From positions 24,797 through 88,796 of the forward strand of contig JBGQAU010000001.1 of assembly GCA_041494445.1 (NCBI GenBank): a DNA stretch of 64,000 bases, read 5' to 3'. Positions within the stretch are counted from its first letter, which is position 1. Each line of letters begins with the position of its first letter. The notes under the pieces were generated by a model that searched no databases, was not told where the DNA came from, and saw only the letters and a program-made list of their open reading frames with translations. A program made the translations under genes and the position numbers. Positions 17,607 to 27,128 of the stretch are shown here, piece by piece. Source of the stretch: Acidobacteriota bacterium. GTDB lineage: Bacteria; Acidobacteriota; Polarisedimenticolia; Polarisedimenticolales; JAIQFR01.

Positions 17607-19460
17607 ATGGCCAGCGAGACGACATCCAACGGGACCAAGCCGGGCGTCGAGACGCTGGACCGCGTCGTGATCCGTTTCGCCGGCGACTCCGGCGACGGAA
17701 TGCAGCTCACCGGGACGCAGTTCACCGCGACCGCCGCCATCGTCGGCAACGACCTCGCGACCTTCCCCGACTACCCCGCGGAGATCCGCGCTCCCGCCGG
17801 GACGCTGCCGGGCGTGTCGGGGTACCAGGTCAACTTCGCCTCGGAGGACATTTTCACGCCCGGCGACGCGCCGGACGTGCTGGTGGCGATGAACCCGGCG
17901 GCGCTCAAAGTCAATCTCAAGGACCTCAAGGCGGGTGGGATCCTCGTCGTGAACTCCGACGCGTTCCGGGAGTCCGACCTGGCGAAGGCGGGGTACCAGG
18001 GGAACCCGCTCGAGGACGGCTCCCTCGACGGCTACCGCCTGGTCCGGGTCGAGATGAACCGCCTCACGCGCTCGGCGCTCGAGGGAACCGGGCTGCCGCA
18101 GCGGACGATGGACCGCTCGAAGAACTTCTTCGCCCTCGGGATGATGTACTACCTGTACAACCGGCCTCTCGAGGTCTCCCTGCGGTGGATCGAGGAGAAG
18201 TTCGCCTCAGAGCCGGAGATCGCGGCGGCCAACCGGCTCGCGCTCAAGGCGGGGTACGCGTACTGCGAGGCGAGCGAGATCTTCCACGACACCTACGAGG
18301 TCCCGGCGGCCCGCCTGGCACCGGGCACGTACCGCAACGTGAACGGGAACCAGGCGCTCGCGTTGGGGTTCGTGGCCGCGTCGCGGAAGAGCGGGCTTCC
18401 GCTCTTCCAGGGGTCGTACCCGATCACGCCGGCATCGGACATCCTGCACGAGCTGGCCGCGTACAAGAATTTCGGCGTGATCACGTTCCAGGCGGAGGAC
18501 GAGATCGCGGCGATCGGCGCGGCGCTGGGCGCCTCGTTCGCGGGGTCGCTCGCGATCACGACCACGAGCGGGCCGGGCCTCGCCCTCAAGAGCGAGTTCG
18601 TCGGGCTCGCCGTGATGGTCGAGCTGCCGCTCGTGGTGGTGGACATCCAGCGCGGCGGCCCTTCGACGGGCCTTCCGACCAAGACCGAGCAGGCCGACCT
18701 CCTCCAGGCGCTCCACGGCCGGCACGGCGAGGCCCCGTGCGTGGTGCTGGCCGCCCGCTCCCCCGCCGACTGTTTCGAGTGCGCTTACGAGGCAAGCCGC
18801 CTCGCGGTCCGGCACATGACGCCGGTGCTGCTCCTCTCGGACGGGTTCATCGCGAACGGCGCCGAGCCCTGGCGCATTCCGGCGGTCGAGGATCTCCCGC
18901 CGATCCCGGTCGCCTTCCGCACCGATCCCGAAGGGTTCCTGCCGTACGCCCGCGACCCCGAGACCCTGGCCCGTCCCTGGGCGATACCCGGCACGCCGCG
19001 GCTTGAGCACCGGATCGGGGGGCTCGAGAAGTCGGACGGGGCCGGAAACGTCTCGTACGAGCCGCTGAACCACGAGCGGATGGTCCGCCTGAGGGCCGAG
19101 AAGATCGCGCGGGTCGCCCTCGATATCCCGCCCGCGAGTCCCTCGGGCGACCACGAGGGCGGCTTGCTCGTGGTCGGCTGGGGCTCCACGTACGGTTCGA
19201 TCACCGCGGCGGTCCGCCGCGCCCGCGCGGAGGGAAAGCGCGTGAGCCGTCTCCACCTGCGCTATCTCAATCCGCTCCCCTCGAACCTGGGCGAGGTGCT
19301 CTCACAGTACGACAGGATCCTGGTCCCGGAGATGAACCTGGGCCAGCTCGCGTTCGTGCTCCGTGGCCGGTACCTGAGGGAGATCGTCTCCCAATCGAAA
19401 GTCGAGGGGCAGCCGTTCCGCGAGAGCGAGATCCTCGACCGCATCCGCGAGATCGCGTAG
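17607..19460 (+). CDS. korA: 2-oxoacid (2-oxoglutarate):ferredoxin oxidoreductase, fused gamma/alpha subunit
   Basis: RFAGDSGDGMQLTG, SYPITPASD and TTTSGPGLALK; 617 aa from ATG 17607. The upstream part of the ORF overlaps the previous gene and is junk. Confidence 0.9.
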   Translation: MASETTSNGTKPGVETLDRVVIRFAGDSGDGMQLTGTQFTATAAIVGNDLATFPDYPAEIRAPAGTLPGVSGYQVNFASEDIFTPGDAPDVLVAMNPAALKVNLKDLKAGGILVVNSDAFRESDLAKAGYQGNPLEDGSLDGYRLVRVEMNRLTRSALEGTGLPQRTMDRSKNFFALGMMYYLYNRPLEVSLRWIEEKFASEPEIAAANRLALKAGYAYCEASEIFHDTYEVPAARLAPGTYRNVNGNQALALGFVAASRKSGLPLFQGSYPITPASDILHELAAYKNFGVITFQAEDEIAAIGAALGASFAGSLAITTTSGPGLALKSEFVGLAVMVELPLVVVDIQRGGPSTGLPTKTEQADLLQALHGRHGEAPCVVLAARSPADCFECAYEASRLAVRHMTPVLLLSDGFIANGAEPWRIPAVEDLPPIPVAFRTDPEGFLPYARDPETLARPWAIPGTPRLEHRIGGLEKSDGAGNVSYEPLNHERMVRLRAEKIARVALDIPPASPSGDHEGGLLVVGWGSTYGSITAAVRRARAEGKRVSRLHLRYLNPLPSNLGEVLSQYDRILVPEMNLGQLAFVLRGRYLREIVSQSKVEGQPFRESEILDRIREIA

Positions 19461-19469
19461 GAGGCCGGC

Positions 19470-20483
19470 ATGGGCGCGCCGACGGCTCTGACGAAGAAGG
19501 ACTTCGTTTCCGACCAGGAGGTCCGCTGGTGTCCGGGGTGCGGGGACTACGCGATCCTGAGCGCGGCCCAGCAGGTCTTCCCCGAACTGGGCGTCCCTCG
19601 CGAGAGGTTCGTGGTGGTCTCGGGGATCGGCTGCTCGAGTCGCTTCCCGTACTACATGAACACTTACGGCTTCCACGCCATCCATGGCCGCGCGCCCGCG
19701 ATCGCCACCGGCATCAAGATCGCGAACCCCGACCTTTCGGTCTGGATCGCGACCGGGGACGGCGATGCGCTGTCTATCGGCGGGAACCATGTGATCCACA
19801 CGCTCCGCCGCAACCTCGACATCAAGATCCTGATGTTCAACAACCGGATCTACGGACTGACCAAGGGGCAGCTTTCGCCGACCTCCGAGATGGGTAAGAA
19901 GACGAAGTCGACACCGTACGGCTCCGTCGATCGTCCGTTCAACCCCGTCGCCCTGGCGCTGGGCGCCGACGCGACCTTCGTCGCCCGGAGCGTGGACGTC
20001 AACGCGCCGCACCTCAAGGAGGTGATCCGCGCGGCCGCCGACCATCGGGGCGCCGCGTTCGTCGAGATCCTCCAGAACTGCAACATCTTCAACGACGGCG
20101 CCTGGAGCGAGTTCCGTGAGAAGGATCGGCGGGACGAGCACGTGGTTGAGCTCCGGCAGGGGGAGCCGCTCGTGTTCGGGAAGAGCCGCGATCGGGGGAT
20201 AAGGCTCGCAGGTTGCCACCGGCCGGAAGTCGTGACGCTGGGGAGCGGCGTCACAGAGAAGGACCTGCTCGTGCACGACGAGCAGGCCCCCCTCGGTTAT
20301 GCGTTCATGCTCGCGCACATGCAGCCGCCGGAGTTCCCGCTCCCGATCGGGGTATTCCGCCGTGCCGTGCTTCCGACGCTCGAGGCCGCGATCCACGAGC
20401 AGATCGGCGCCATCACGGCGAAGAAGGGTCCGGGCGACCTCGGGAAGCTGCTGCGCTCGGGCGACGTGTGGGAGGTCAAGTAG
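19470..20483 (+). CDS. korB: 2-oxoacid:ferredoxin oxidoreductase beta (TPP-binding) subunit
   Basis: RWCPGCGDYAIL, GIGCSSRFPYY and ATGDGDALSIGGNH. Confidence 0.9.
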   Translation: MGAPTALTKKDFVSDQEVRWCPGCGDYAILSAAQQVFPELGVPRERFVVVSGIGCSSRFPYYMNTYGFHAIHGRAPAIATGIKIANPDLSVWIATGDGDALSIGGNHVIHTLRRNLDIKILMFNNRIYGLTKGQLSPTSEMGKKTKSTPYGSVDRPFNPVALALGADATFVARSVDVNAPHLKEVIRAAADHRGAAFVEILQNCNIFNDGAWSEFREKDRRDEHVVELRQGEPLVFGKSRDRGIRLAGCHRPEVVTLGSGVTEKDLLVHDEQAPLGYAFMLAHMQPPEFPLPIGVFRRAVLPTLEAAIHEQIGAITAKKGPGDLGKLLRSGDVWEVK

Positions 20484-20515
20484 GCGGCGCCCGAGCGGGG
20501 CCTCTCAGACGCGAC

Positions 20516-21133
20516 TCACGGCGCCGCGGCTCCGGACGCGCGGACGGAACCTCTCCCGTGCACGATCTCAAAGTCGAAGCGGATGTCCAGGTAGACCGGT
20601 ACCAGCTCCATCGACGTGGCACGTCTGTAGTCGGGCTTGCCGTCCCCGTCGAGATCGTTCCCTTCCTCGGTCCGGAGGAGCACCGCCGGCTCGAACTTCC
20701 AAGCCCCCACCGCGGCCTCCGCGGAGCCCCGGAACTCGTCGGCGAACGGGCCCTCCATCTCGGGAACCAGCGGGCTGGGGCCGATGGTCTCGACATCTCC
20801 CCTGGGGCCGACAACGAAGCGCAGTCCGGCGTGGCCGCCGGCGCCGGCGGCCAGCGCGACGGCGGGGTACTCCGGCATTCGGTTATCGCTCCTCGGCTCC
20901 GGAGGACGGAGTTCGGTGTCGGCCGGCAAGGCGAGGGCAGGGTTCTTCGGATCGAACACGAACCTCGAGGTCGCCCGTCCGCGGAGGTCGGGGACGGTCG
21001 GTCGAGCCCCGGCATCCCCGCGGGAGCGCCCCCGGGCCGCGCAACCTGAGTCGAGCGACACGACGAGCAGCAAGGAAGCGAGCGGCGCGGCGGCGCGTGA
21101 GAAGCAGCGGGGATGCCAAGAGCGGGGTCGCAT
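20516..21133 (-). CDS. TonB C-terminal-domain protein, probable exported or lipoprotein
   Basis: N-terminal signal with SLDSGC. The TonB_C-like segment MPEYPAVALAAGAGGHAGLRFVVGPRGDV...AWKFEP carries a DGDGKPD insertion. Confidence 0.6.
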   Translation of the reverse strand: MRPRSWHPRCFSRAAAPLASLLLVVSLDSGCAARGRSRGDAGARPTVPDLRGRATSRFVFDPKNPALALPADTELRPPEPRSDNRMPEYPAVALAAGAGGHAGLRFVVGPRGDVETIGPSPLVPEMEGPFADEFRGSAEAAVGAWKFEPAVLLRTEEGNDLDGDGKPDYRRATSMELVPVYLDIRFDFEIVHGRGSVRASGAAAP

Positions 21134-21137
21134 GGCC

Positions 21138-22082
21138 TCAGCTCAGCGTGAACTCGATCTGGATCGTGAAGTAGATCGGCACCGCTCGGCCGTCGAAGCG
21201 GGCCGGCTCGTAGCGCCACTGCTGCACCGCCTCCACCGAAGCGGCGGCGAGATCCTCGCAGCCAGGCGGCACGCGCAGCACCTGCACCGCCCGTGGAACC
21301 CCCTCGGTGTCGATCACCGCTTGCAGCAGGATCCGGCCGCTCCTCTTTTCCTTGCGGGCCGTTTTCGGGTACACCGGGTCGACCTTGCGAATCCGATTGG
21401 GCGGCTCGACGCGGAGGTCCCCGGTAAGGACCTCGATCTTCTGCACCCGCTCCAGCCGCTCCCTCACCGCTTCCGAATCCATAGGCGTCACGGCAACGAC
21501 GATCCACTCCCCGTCGATCGGCGACGGGGCCGCGATCGCCACCGTCCGCTCGCTTCCGGCCAGTAGGCGCGCCTCGGCCAGAGGCTGCCCCTTCCCGCCG
21601 GGGCCGTCGATCGTCAGGGAGATCTCGTGGATGCGGTCGGGACCCGCGGGCGCTTCGGCCAAGAATCGCAGCTCGGCCCAGGTCTGCCCCGGGTAGATCG
21701 TCCCTTCGAATCGCGCCTCGCCGCTAGAGTCGGGGCTGACGATGAAGCCGGTCACCGCTTCGGCCCGTTCTCCACCCAACACTCGCGCGAGCGCATCAAT
21801 CTGCCCGGGCGTTCCCCAGGCCTCCTCGTCGGGCAGGACGATCGGCGTCCCGCAGAACTTCGCGCATCCGTACCCCACGCCGCGCGGCGAGGCGGTTCCC
21901 GCGACCCGCACCACGCGCAGGTGGTACGCGAAGCGCGTGGGGTCTTGGCTCCCTCCCGCCCCCGTCGGGGGCGCGCCCGTCGTCCCCTGTCGTTCCGACG
22001 CCCCGAGCCCGACCCCGGCCGCCAGCGCGATCCCGGTGACCGTCAGCCATGCGATGCCCGCGACCTTCGCCACCTTTCTCAT
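21138..22082 (-). CDS. Membrane-anchored protein with a TonB C-terminal domain
   Basis: The N-terminal TM helix is followed by an unknown central domain. The C-terminus VDPVYPKTARKEKRSGRILLQAVIDTEGVPRAVQVL...WRYEPARFDGRAVP is a clear TonB_C fold signature. Confidence 0.7.
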   Translation of the reverse strand: MRKVAKVAGIAWLTVTGIALAAGVGLGASERQGTTGAPPTGAGGSQDPTRFAYHLRVVRVAGTASPRGVGYGCAKFCGTPIVLPDEEAWGTPGQIDALARVLGGERAEAVTGFIVSPDSSGEARFEGTIYPGQTWAELRFLAEAPAGPDRIHEISLTIDGPGGKGQPLAEARLLAGSERTVAIAAPSPIDGEWIVVAVTPMDSEAVRERLERVQKIEVLTGDLRVEPPNRIRKVDPVYPKTARKEKRSGRILLQAVIDTEGVPRAVQVLRVPPGCEDLAAASVEAVQQWRYEPARFDGRAVPIYFTIQIEFTLS

Positions 22083-22417
22083 CGGATGCCCCCCTCCGAA
22101 CGCGGCTCGGGCGTCGCGCCCGGGACCGCGACGACCACGATCGATCCGGCCGCCGGCGAGTCGATCACCCTGACCCGAGCGTCGCGGCCTCCGAGACGCA
22201 ACGCGAGCACTTCGACGGGCGCGCGCGGGTGCTGCGGCACCTCCCGGGGAAGCAAGAAGCGTCCCGCGACGAGCACCGCCACGAGAGCCGCCGCCGCCGC
22301 GAGCCCCCAGACGATGGGTCGCGCCGCCTTCGGCCGCCGCCGGGGCGGAGGCAGCGAGGCGGCGACCTCCGTCACGACTTCCCTGAGCAGCCCGATTCCG
22401 TCCCGCTCTTCGTTCAT
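22079..22417 (-). CDS. Small single-pass membrane protein, positional anti-sigma factor candidate
   Basis: 112 aa from ATG 22417 (MNEERDGIGLL...), one TM helix (IVWGLAAAAALVAVLVAG). It has 4-nt overlaps with both neighbours. No HxxxCxxC zinc anti-sigma motif is present. Confidence 0.5.
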   Translation of the reverse strand: MNEERDGIGLLREVVTEVAASLPPPRRRPKAARPIVWGLAAAAALVAVLVAGRFLLPREVPQHPRAPVEVLALRLGGRDARVRVIDSPAAGSIVVVAVPGATPEPRSEGGIR

Positions 22418-23004
22418 CGACGTGCCTCCAACGGCGGCCGGACCTCGAGGGCGGCGCGGGCGAGGCGAGCGCGGGCGTCCCGCGCGATGGACCGCACGCC
22501 TCCCGCCGTGATACCGAGCAACCGGCCCGTGTCCTCGGCCGTGAGCTCGCCGATCTCGTAGAGCGCGATCACCTCGCGCTGCCCCTCGGTGAGTGCACCG
22601 AGGAGTCGAGTCAGCGTGAGCCGCGCCTCGACGGCGTCCATCGGCCGCGGCCTCGCACCCCACCGGATCAGGACGCCGAAGCGCTCGGCCAGTCTCCGGC
22701 GACGCCGCTCCGCGCGAAACGAGTTCCTTGCCCGCCGGACGAGGGACGTGGAGAGCCACGCCTCGATGGTCCCCTTCCCCGGATCGAACGATTCCAGCCG
22801 CCGGTGCGCAGCGAAGAGCGCGTCCTGAACGAGGTCCGGCACGTCGTCCGGCGGGATGCCGATCGCCAGCGCGACTCGCGAGAGGCGCGGCCGCAACGCC
22901 GCCCAGAGCCGATCCGCCGCCCCGGCGTCGCCCTGCCTCGCCCGGAGCGCGAGGGCCGTGAGATCCTCTTTTTTCGGACCCGGCAGGTCGTTGCTCGGTG
23001 CCAT
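22414..23004 (-). CDS. ECF-type RNA polymerase sigma-70 family factor
   Basis: Region 2 is DLVQDALFAAHRRLESFDPGKGTIEAWL and region 4 is LTEGQREVIALYEIGELTAEDTGRLLGITAGGVRS. The start was chosen at ATG 23004 (MAPSNDL). Confidence 0.85.
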   Translation of the reverse strand: MAPSNDLPGPKKEDLTALALRARQGDAGAADRLWAALRPRLSRVALAIGIPPDDVPDLVQDALFAAHRRLESFDPGKGTIEAWLSTSLVRRARNSFRAERRRRRLAERFGVLIRWGARPRPMDAVEARLTLTRLLGALTEGQREVIALYEIGELTAEDTGRLLGITAGGVRSIARDARARLARAALEVRPPLEARR

Positions 23005-23137
23005 TGCCGCCTCCGAGCGGGCCGCCCATCCCCGCCGCCTCGATCCTTCATACACCGGAACCGGGGGAAACGTGCGGGGTCGCCGTCGTCCTCCGGAACG
23101 GTGATATGTTTCGGCACCCCCAACGGAGGCCGGACAC

Positions 23138-25378
23138 ATGACCATCCGCCCCCTTCCCCGCCGCCTCGCGGTCCTCGCCGGGGCTCTTGCTCTCTCCGCG
23201 GTCCTCGCGACCGCCCGCGGCGCATCATCGACCGCGCCTCACCCCGCCGACCCTCTCGACGACGCGCTCGCATCGGCTGGAATCCCGCCCGGCCGGCTCG
23301 GATTCGAGCCCGAGGGGACGTGGCTCCGATACCCGGACCCGCGGCAGGTGCCGTACGTCAACCGGATGTTCTCCGACCTGTTCGCGCATCCGGACAGGAT
23401 CGACGACACGCTCCGGCTGATGGCGCAAGCGGCGCGCGACTTCCTGTCGCCCGCCTACCGCACCGCCAAGGACGACGGGCTGTTCCGCGCCGCGTACTTC
23501 ACCGGCTGGGACCTCAGGCTCTCGGGGCACCGCGAGTACACGGCGGCGCTCGACGACAAGGCTCCCGCGGGTCCCGGCGCCGAGGACCCGCTCGTTTTCG
23601 CGGTGGAGCGGCTCTACCGCGACCTGGGCCTCCCCTTCGACCTCGTCCGCCTCGACAAACCGGCCGACTTCCCGCGCCACCGGGAGGACGCGAGGACGGC
23701 GGCGGCGAAGCTCGATCCCGAGCTTCGGGCCATCGTCGCCCAGGCGGTGCTCGACCTCGCCGACGCGCTCCGATGGCACCGGATCGCCTTCGCGAAGGTC
23801 GACGGGAAGGACATGATCGCGGTCGCGAAGCTCCGGGACCTGGGCGCGACGCAGTTCGACGGGATGGAGTACCACCCGGAGTGCGACCGAGTCGCGCGCG
23901 ACCTGGACGAGCGGGCGCTGAACACCTCGTCTCGCAAGGTCGTCGCGGCGGGCGAGCGGCTCGTGAAATCGCTCCAGGCGTGGGTGGCGGCGACCAAGGC
24001 GGATCTCGCGACGCAGCACTTCGACCTCGTCACCCCCGCGGGGCGGATCGTGGTGTCCGGGTCCGGGAACGACACTCACGAGGAGCCGGACCTCCTGCTC
24101 CTCGTGGACCTCGGCGGGGACGACGTGTACCGGGGCGGAATCGGGGGCAACACGCCTACGCAATCGGTCACGCTGGCCGTGGATCTCGCGGGGAACGACC
24201 GCTACCTCGCGGAGGACGAGCGCTCGAACGCCCAGGGGAGCGGGATTCTCGGCACCGGCGTCCTGATCGACGCGGCCGGCGACGACGTTTACCGGGCATA
24301 TGGCTCGTCGCAAGGATACGGCCTCTTCGGCACCGGGCTCCTCGCCGATCTCGCCGGCAACGACCGTTACGAGCTGACCGTGGAAGGCCAGGGGGCGGCG
24401 GAGTTCGGCGTCGGGCTGCTCTTCGATCTCGCGGGGAGCGACTCGTACCGGATCGTGAGCGGGGGCCAGGGGTTCGGCGGCGTGGGGAACGGCATCGGGA
24501 CGCTGGTGGACCTCGGCGGGAACGACTCCTACTTCGCGGAGCCGGACTCGTCGAAGGCGTACCGTCCCGACGACCACTCGCAGCTCAAGGTCAACTACTC
24601 GTACGCGCAGGGTGCGGCCGCGGGAAGGCGCGGTGACCTCGAGGACGGCCACTCGTGGGCGGGCGGCGTCGGCACGCTGATCGATCTCGGCGGGAACGAC
24701 ACCTATCGCTCCGGGAACTGGTCGGCGGGCTCGGGGTACTGGTACGGGATCGGCTGGCTCTACGACGCGTCGGGCGACGATCTCTACAGCGCGTCGGTTT
24801 TCTCCCTCGCCTCCGGCGCGCACTTCTGCATCGGGGCGCTGATCGACGAGCGAGGGAACGACCGGTACGAGGGGTACGGCGACTCGCACACCGGCATGGC
24901 CTTCGGGCACGACTTCACGATAGCGCTCCTCTACGACGGCGCCGGGAACGACGTCTACCGCTACGGCGCCGACGGCTTCGGGTACGCGATCAACATGAGC
25001 CTCGCGATGCTCGTGGACGCGGGAGGCGACGACACGTACGTCCTCGACCGCGGGAAGGAAGGGTTCGGGGTCACGAACTTCACCGCGGCGGATCTCACGC
25101 CCAACGTGACCCGGAACTATCTCGCCTGGCCGGTCGAGGTCGGGCTCTTCCTCGACGCCGGCGGGAAAGACCGGTATCTGGAGCGCGATCCCGCGACCGG
25201 ACAGGAAGCCCCTTCGGCCGCGCGAAAGGACGGCGTGCGCATCCTGAGGCCCGCCTCCCCCGCTCGCGATGCGGACGGCCGGTACGCCGGGATCTTCTTC
25301 GACCGGCCCGGCGCGTCCCCGCGGCCGATCGATTGGTTCCGCTTCCGCTGGTCGCCGATGCCTGCGCCGGCCCAGTGA
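23138..25378 (+). CDS. Secreted 746-aa protein with 12 DxxGxDxY repeats (beta-solenoid-like?), function unknown
   Basis: Signal peptide MTIRPLPRRLAVLAGALALSAVLATARG, a non-repeat N-domain of about 300 aa, then the repeat region (next feature). Confidence 0.75.
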   Translation: MTIRPLPRRLAVLAGALALSAVLATARGASSTAPHPADPLDDALASAGIPPGRLGFEPEGTWLRYPDPRQVPYVNRMFSDLFAHPDRIDDTLRLMAQAARDFLSPAYRTAKDDGLFRAAYFTGWDLRLSGHREYTAALDDKAPAGPGAEDPLVFAVERLYRDLGLPFDLVRLDKPADFPRHREDARTAAAKLDPELRAIVAQAVLDLADALRWHRIAFAKVDGKDMIAVAKLRDLGATQFDGMEYHPECDRVARDLDERALNTSSRKVVAAGERLVKSLQAWVAATKADLATQHFDLVTPAGRIVVSGSGNDTHEEPDLLLLVDLGGDDVYRGGIGGNTPTQSVTLAVDLAGNDRYLAEDERSNAQGSGILGTGVLIDAAGDDVYRAYGSSQGYGLFGTGLLADLAGNDRYELTVEGQGAAEFGVGLLFDLAGSDSYRIVSGGQGFGGVGNGIGTLVDLGGNDSYFAEPDSSKAYRPDDHSQLKVNYSYAQGAAAGRRGDLEDGHSWAGGVGTLIDLGGNDTYRSGNWSAGSGYWYGIGWLYDASGDDLYSASVFSLASGAHFCIGALIDERGNDRYEGYGDSHTGMAFGHDFTIALLYDGAGNDVYRYGADGFGYAINMSLAMLVDAGGDDTYVLDRGKEGFGVTNFTAADLTPNVTRNYLAWPVEVGLFLDAGGKDRYLERDPATGQEAPSAARKDGVRILRPASPARDADGRYAGIFFDRPGASPRPIDWFRFRWSPMPAPAQ
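24050..25192 (+). repeat. In-frame tandem protein repeats with a period of about 25-30 aa and signature (L/I)xDxxGxDxY
   Basis: The copies are DLGGDDVY, DLAGNDRY, DAAGDDVY, DLAGNDRY, DLAGSDSY, DLGGNDSY, DLGGNDTY, DASGDDLY, DERGNDRY, DGAGNDVY, DAGGDDTY and DAGGKDRY, at aa 324, 349, 378, 404, 430, 458, 516, 543, 570, 600, 627 and 673. Confidence 0.85.
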
Positions 25379-25387
25379 TCCGCGAGA

Positions 25388-27046
25388 TCAGTTGCCTGCG
25401 GCCGGGCGGGCGTGGGCGAACTCGTCGCCGGGCCGCCACTCCGGACGGTGGTCCGCCTGGGCGACCGCGTAGCCGACCAGGAACCCCAGACGGGCGTCCT
25501 CCACCATGCCGTCCCAGTTCCAAGTCGGGTCGATCTGGTCGCTGGGCTGGTGGTAGTGAGCGTCACGCCAGGCGTCGCCGGTCTCTTTCCCCCACCCCGG
25601 CGGGCGGCCGATGTAGTCGAGGCCCGAGGAGAAGTAGAGCGACGGGATCCCCGCCTTGGCGAACGAGAACTGGTCGGAGCGGTAGAACGCGCCGCGGTCC
25701 GGGAACGCCTCGTCCGTGACCACCCGACCCTGAAGCCCGGCGACCGCGTCGAGGATCGGGTCCAGGTCGGACTTGCCGCGGCCGACCTCGGAGACGTCGC
25801 GGGTCTTCCCGAAGATGTTCCCGGAGTCGAAGTTGATGTCGGCCAGCAAGTGGTCGTTGGGCACGGTCGGGTGGGTGGCGAAGTAGTGGGAGCCGAGCAG
25901 GTTCGACTCCTCTCCGCTCACGAACAGGAAGAGGATCGACCGCCGTGGGGGCTCCGCAAGCGCGGCAAAGCCCCGGGCGATGGCCAGGACCATGGCGACG
26001 CCCGACGCGTTGTCACGCGCGCCGTTGTAGATGCGGTCACCCGTCGCGTCGGGCTTGCCCACACCGAGATGATCGTGATGCGCGGAGAAGACGACGACCT
26101 CGTCGCGGAGCTTCGGGTCGGTGCCCCGGAGCACTCCCATTACGTTGCTCGTCTCGGCCCGGGTGACGTCGTTGGCGATCGTCAACGAGGTACGGATCCC
26201 CAGCGGGATCGGGCGGAAATCGCGCGAGCGGGCCTTCGCGACCAGTGCGTCGAAGTCGAAGCCGGCTGCCTGCAGGACCTTGCGCGTCGCGGCTTCGGTC
26301 GTCCAGGCCTTGACCTCGATCGTGGGCTCGCCGCCGTTGGGGAGCTCGTACTGCTCGCCCGTCCAGGAGTTCCGGACCACCGGCCATCCGTACCCGGCGG
26401 AGGGTATCGTGTGGATGACGATCGCCCCCGCGGCTCCGCGACGCGCCGCCTCCTCGTACTTGTACGTCCAGCGCCCGTAGTACAGCCGCCGCTTGCCGGC
26501 GAACAGCCCATCGTCCCAGTCCGGATCGTTGTTGAGGATCACCAGAACCTTGCCCCGGACATCCACGTCCTTGAAGTCGTCCCACCGGTACTCGGGCGCG
26601 GTGATGCCGTAGCCGACGAAGACGAGCTCGGCGTCGCCGAGCACCGAGCTCGGCGCCTGCCTGCCGGTGGCGGCGATGAAATCGTCCCAGAACCTCAAGA
26701 ACACTCGGCCGCCCTTGGTGCCGAAGCTCCACTCCTCCGGCACGTGCGAGGTCAGTCCGACGACCTCGAACCTCTGCTCCCAGCCGCCGTCCGGCCCCGC
26801 CGGCTCGAGGCCGAGGGACTCCATGGTACTCGCCAGGAACGCCACCGCGAGCACGTCGCCGGGCTTCGAGGTCGCCCGACCCTCCAGAAGGTCGTTGGAC
26901 AGGAATCGCGTCGGCCCGGAGATCGCGTCAGCCGTCACGGCCTTCGAGGCCGCGAGCGCCTGGGGCGACACAGGGGCCGGCAGGGCGTGTGCGGTCGCAG
27001 CCCCCGTCACGGCAAGGCCGAGTACCAACGCTGTCAGCCTGGTCAT
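25388..27046 (-). CDS. M28 family aminopeptidase with a PA domain, secreted
   Basis: Signal peptide MTRLTALVLGLAVTGAATAHA. Zn-ligand motifs are SAHHDHLG, ARDNASG and FVSGEESNLLGS. GGAGGA precedes ATG 27046, so the ORF-track start 27061 is probably too long. Confidence 0.85.
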   Translation of the reverse strand: MTRLTALVLGLAVTGAATAHALPAPVSPQALAASKAVTADAISGPTRFLSNDLLEGRATSKPGDVLAVAFLASTMESLGLEPAGPDGGWEQRFEVVGLTSHVPEEWSFGTKGGRVFLRFWDDFIAATGRQAPSSVLGDAELVFVGYGITAPEYRWDDFKDVDVRGKVLVILNNDPDWDDGLFAGKRRLYYGRWTYKYEEAARRGAAGAIVIHTIPSAGYGWPVVRNSWTGEQYELPNGGEPTIEVKAWTTEAATRKVLQAAGFDFDALVAKARSRDFRPIPLGIRTSLTIANDVTRAETSNVMGVLRGTDPKLRDEVVVFSAHHDHLGVGKPDATGDRIYNGARDNASGVAMVLAIARGFAALAEPPRRSILFLFVSGEESNLLGSHYFATHPTVPNDHLLADINFDSGNIFGKTRDVSEVGRGKSDLDPILDAVAGLQGRVVTDEAFPDRGAFYRSDQFSFAKAGIPSLYFSSGLDYIGRPPGWGKETGDAWRDAHYHQPSDQIDPTWNWDGMVEDARLGFLVGYAVAQADHRPEWRPGDEFAHARPAAGN

Positions 27047-27128
27047 CAGGACGTCCTCCACGCTCGGAAAGATGGAACTGCGCTGTCCCCAGGTTTCCCG
27101 CCGGGCGCCTGTGCTGGACGGTCCGAGC

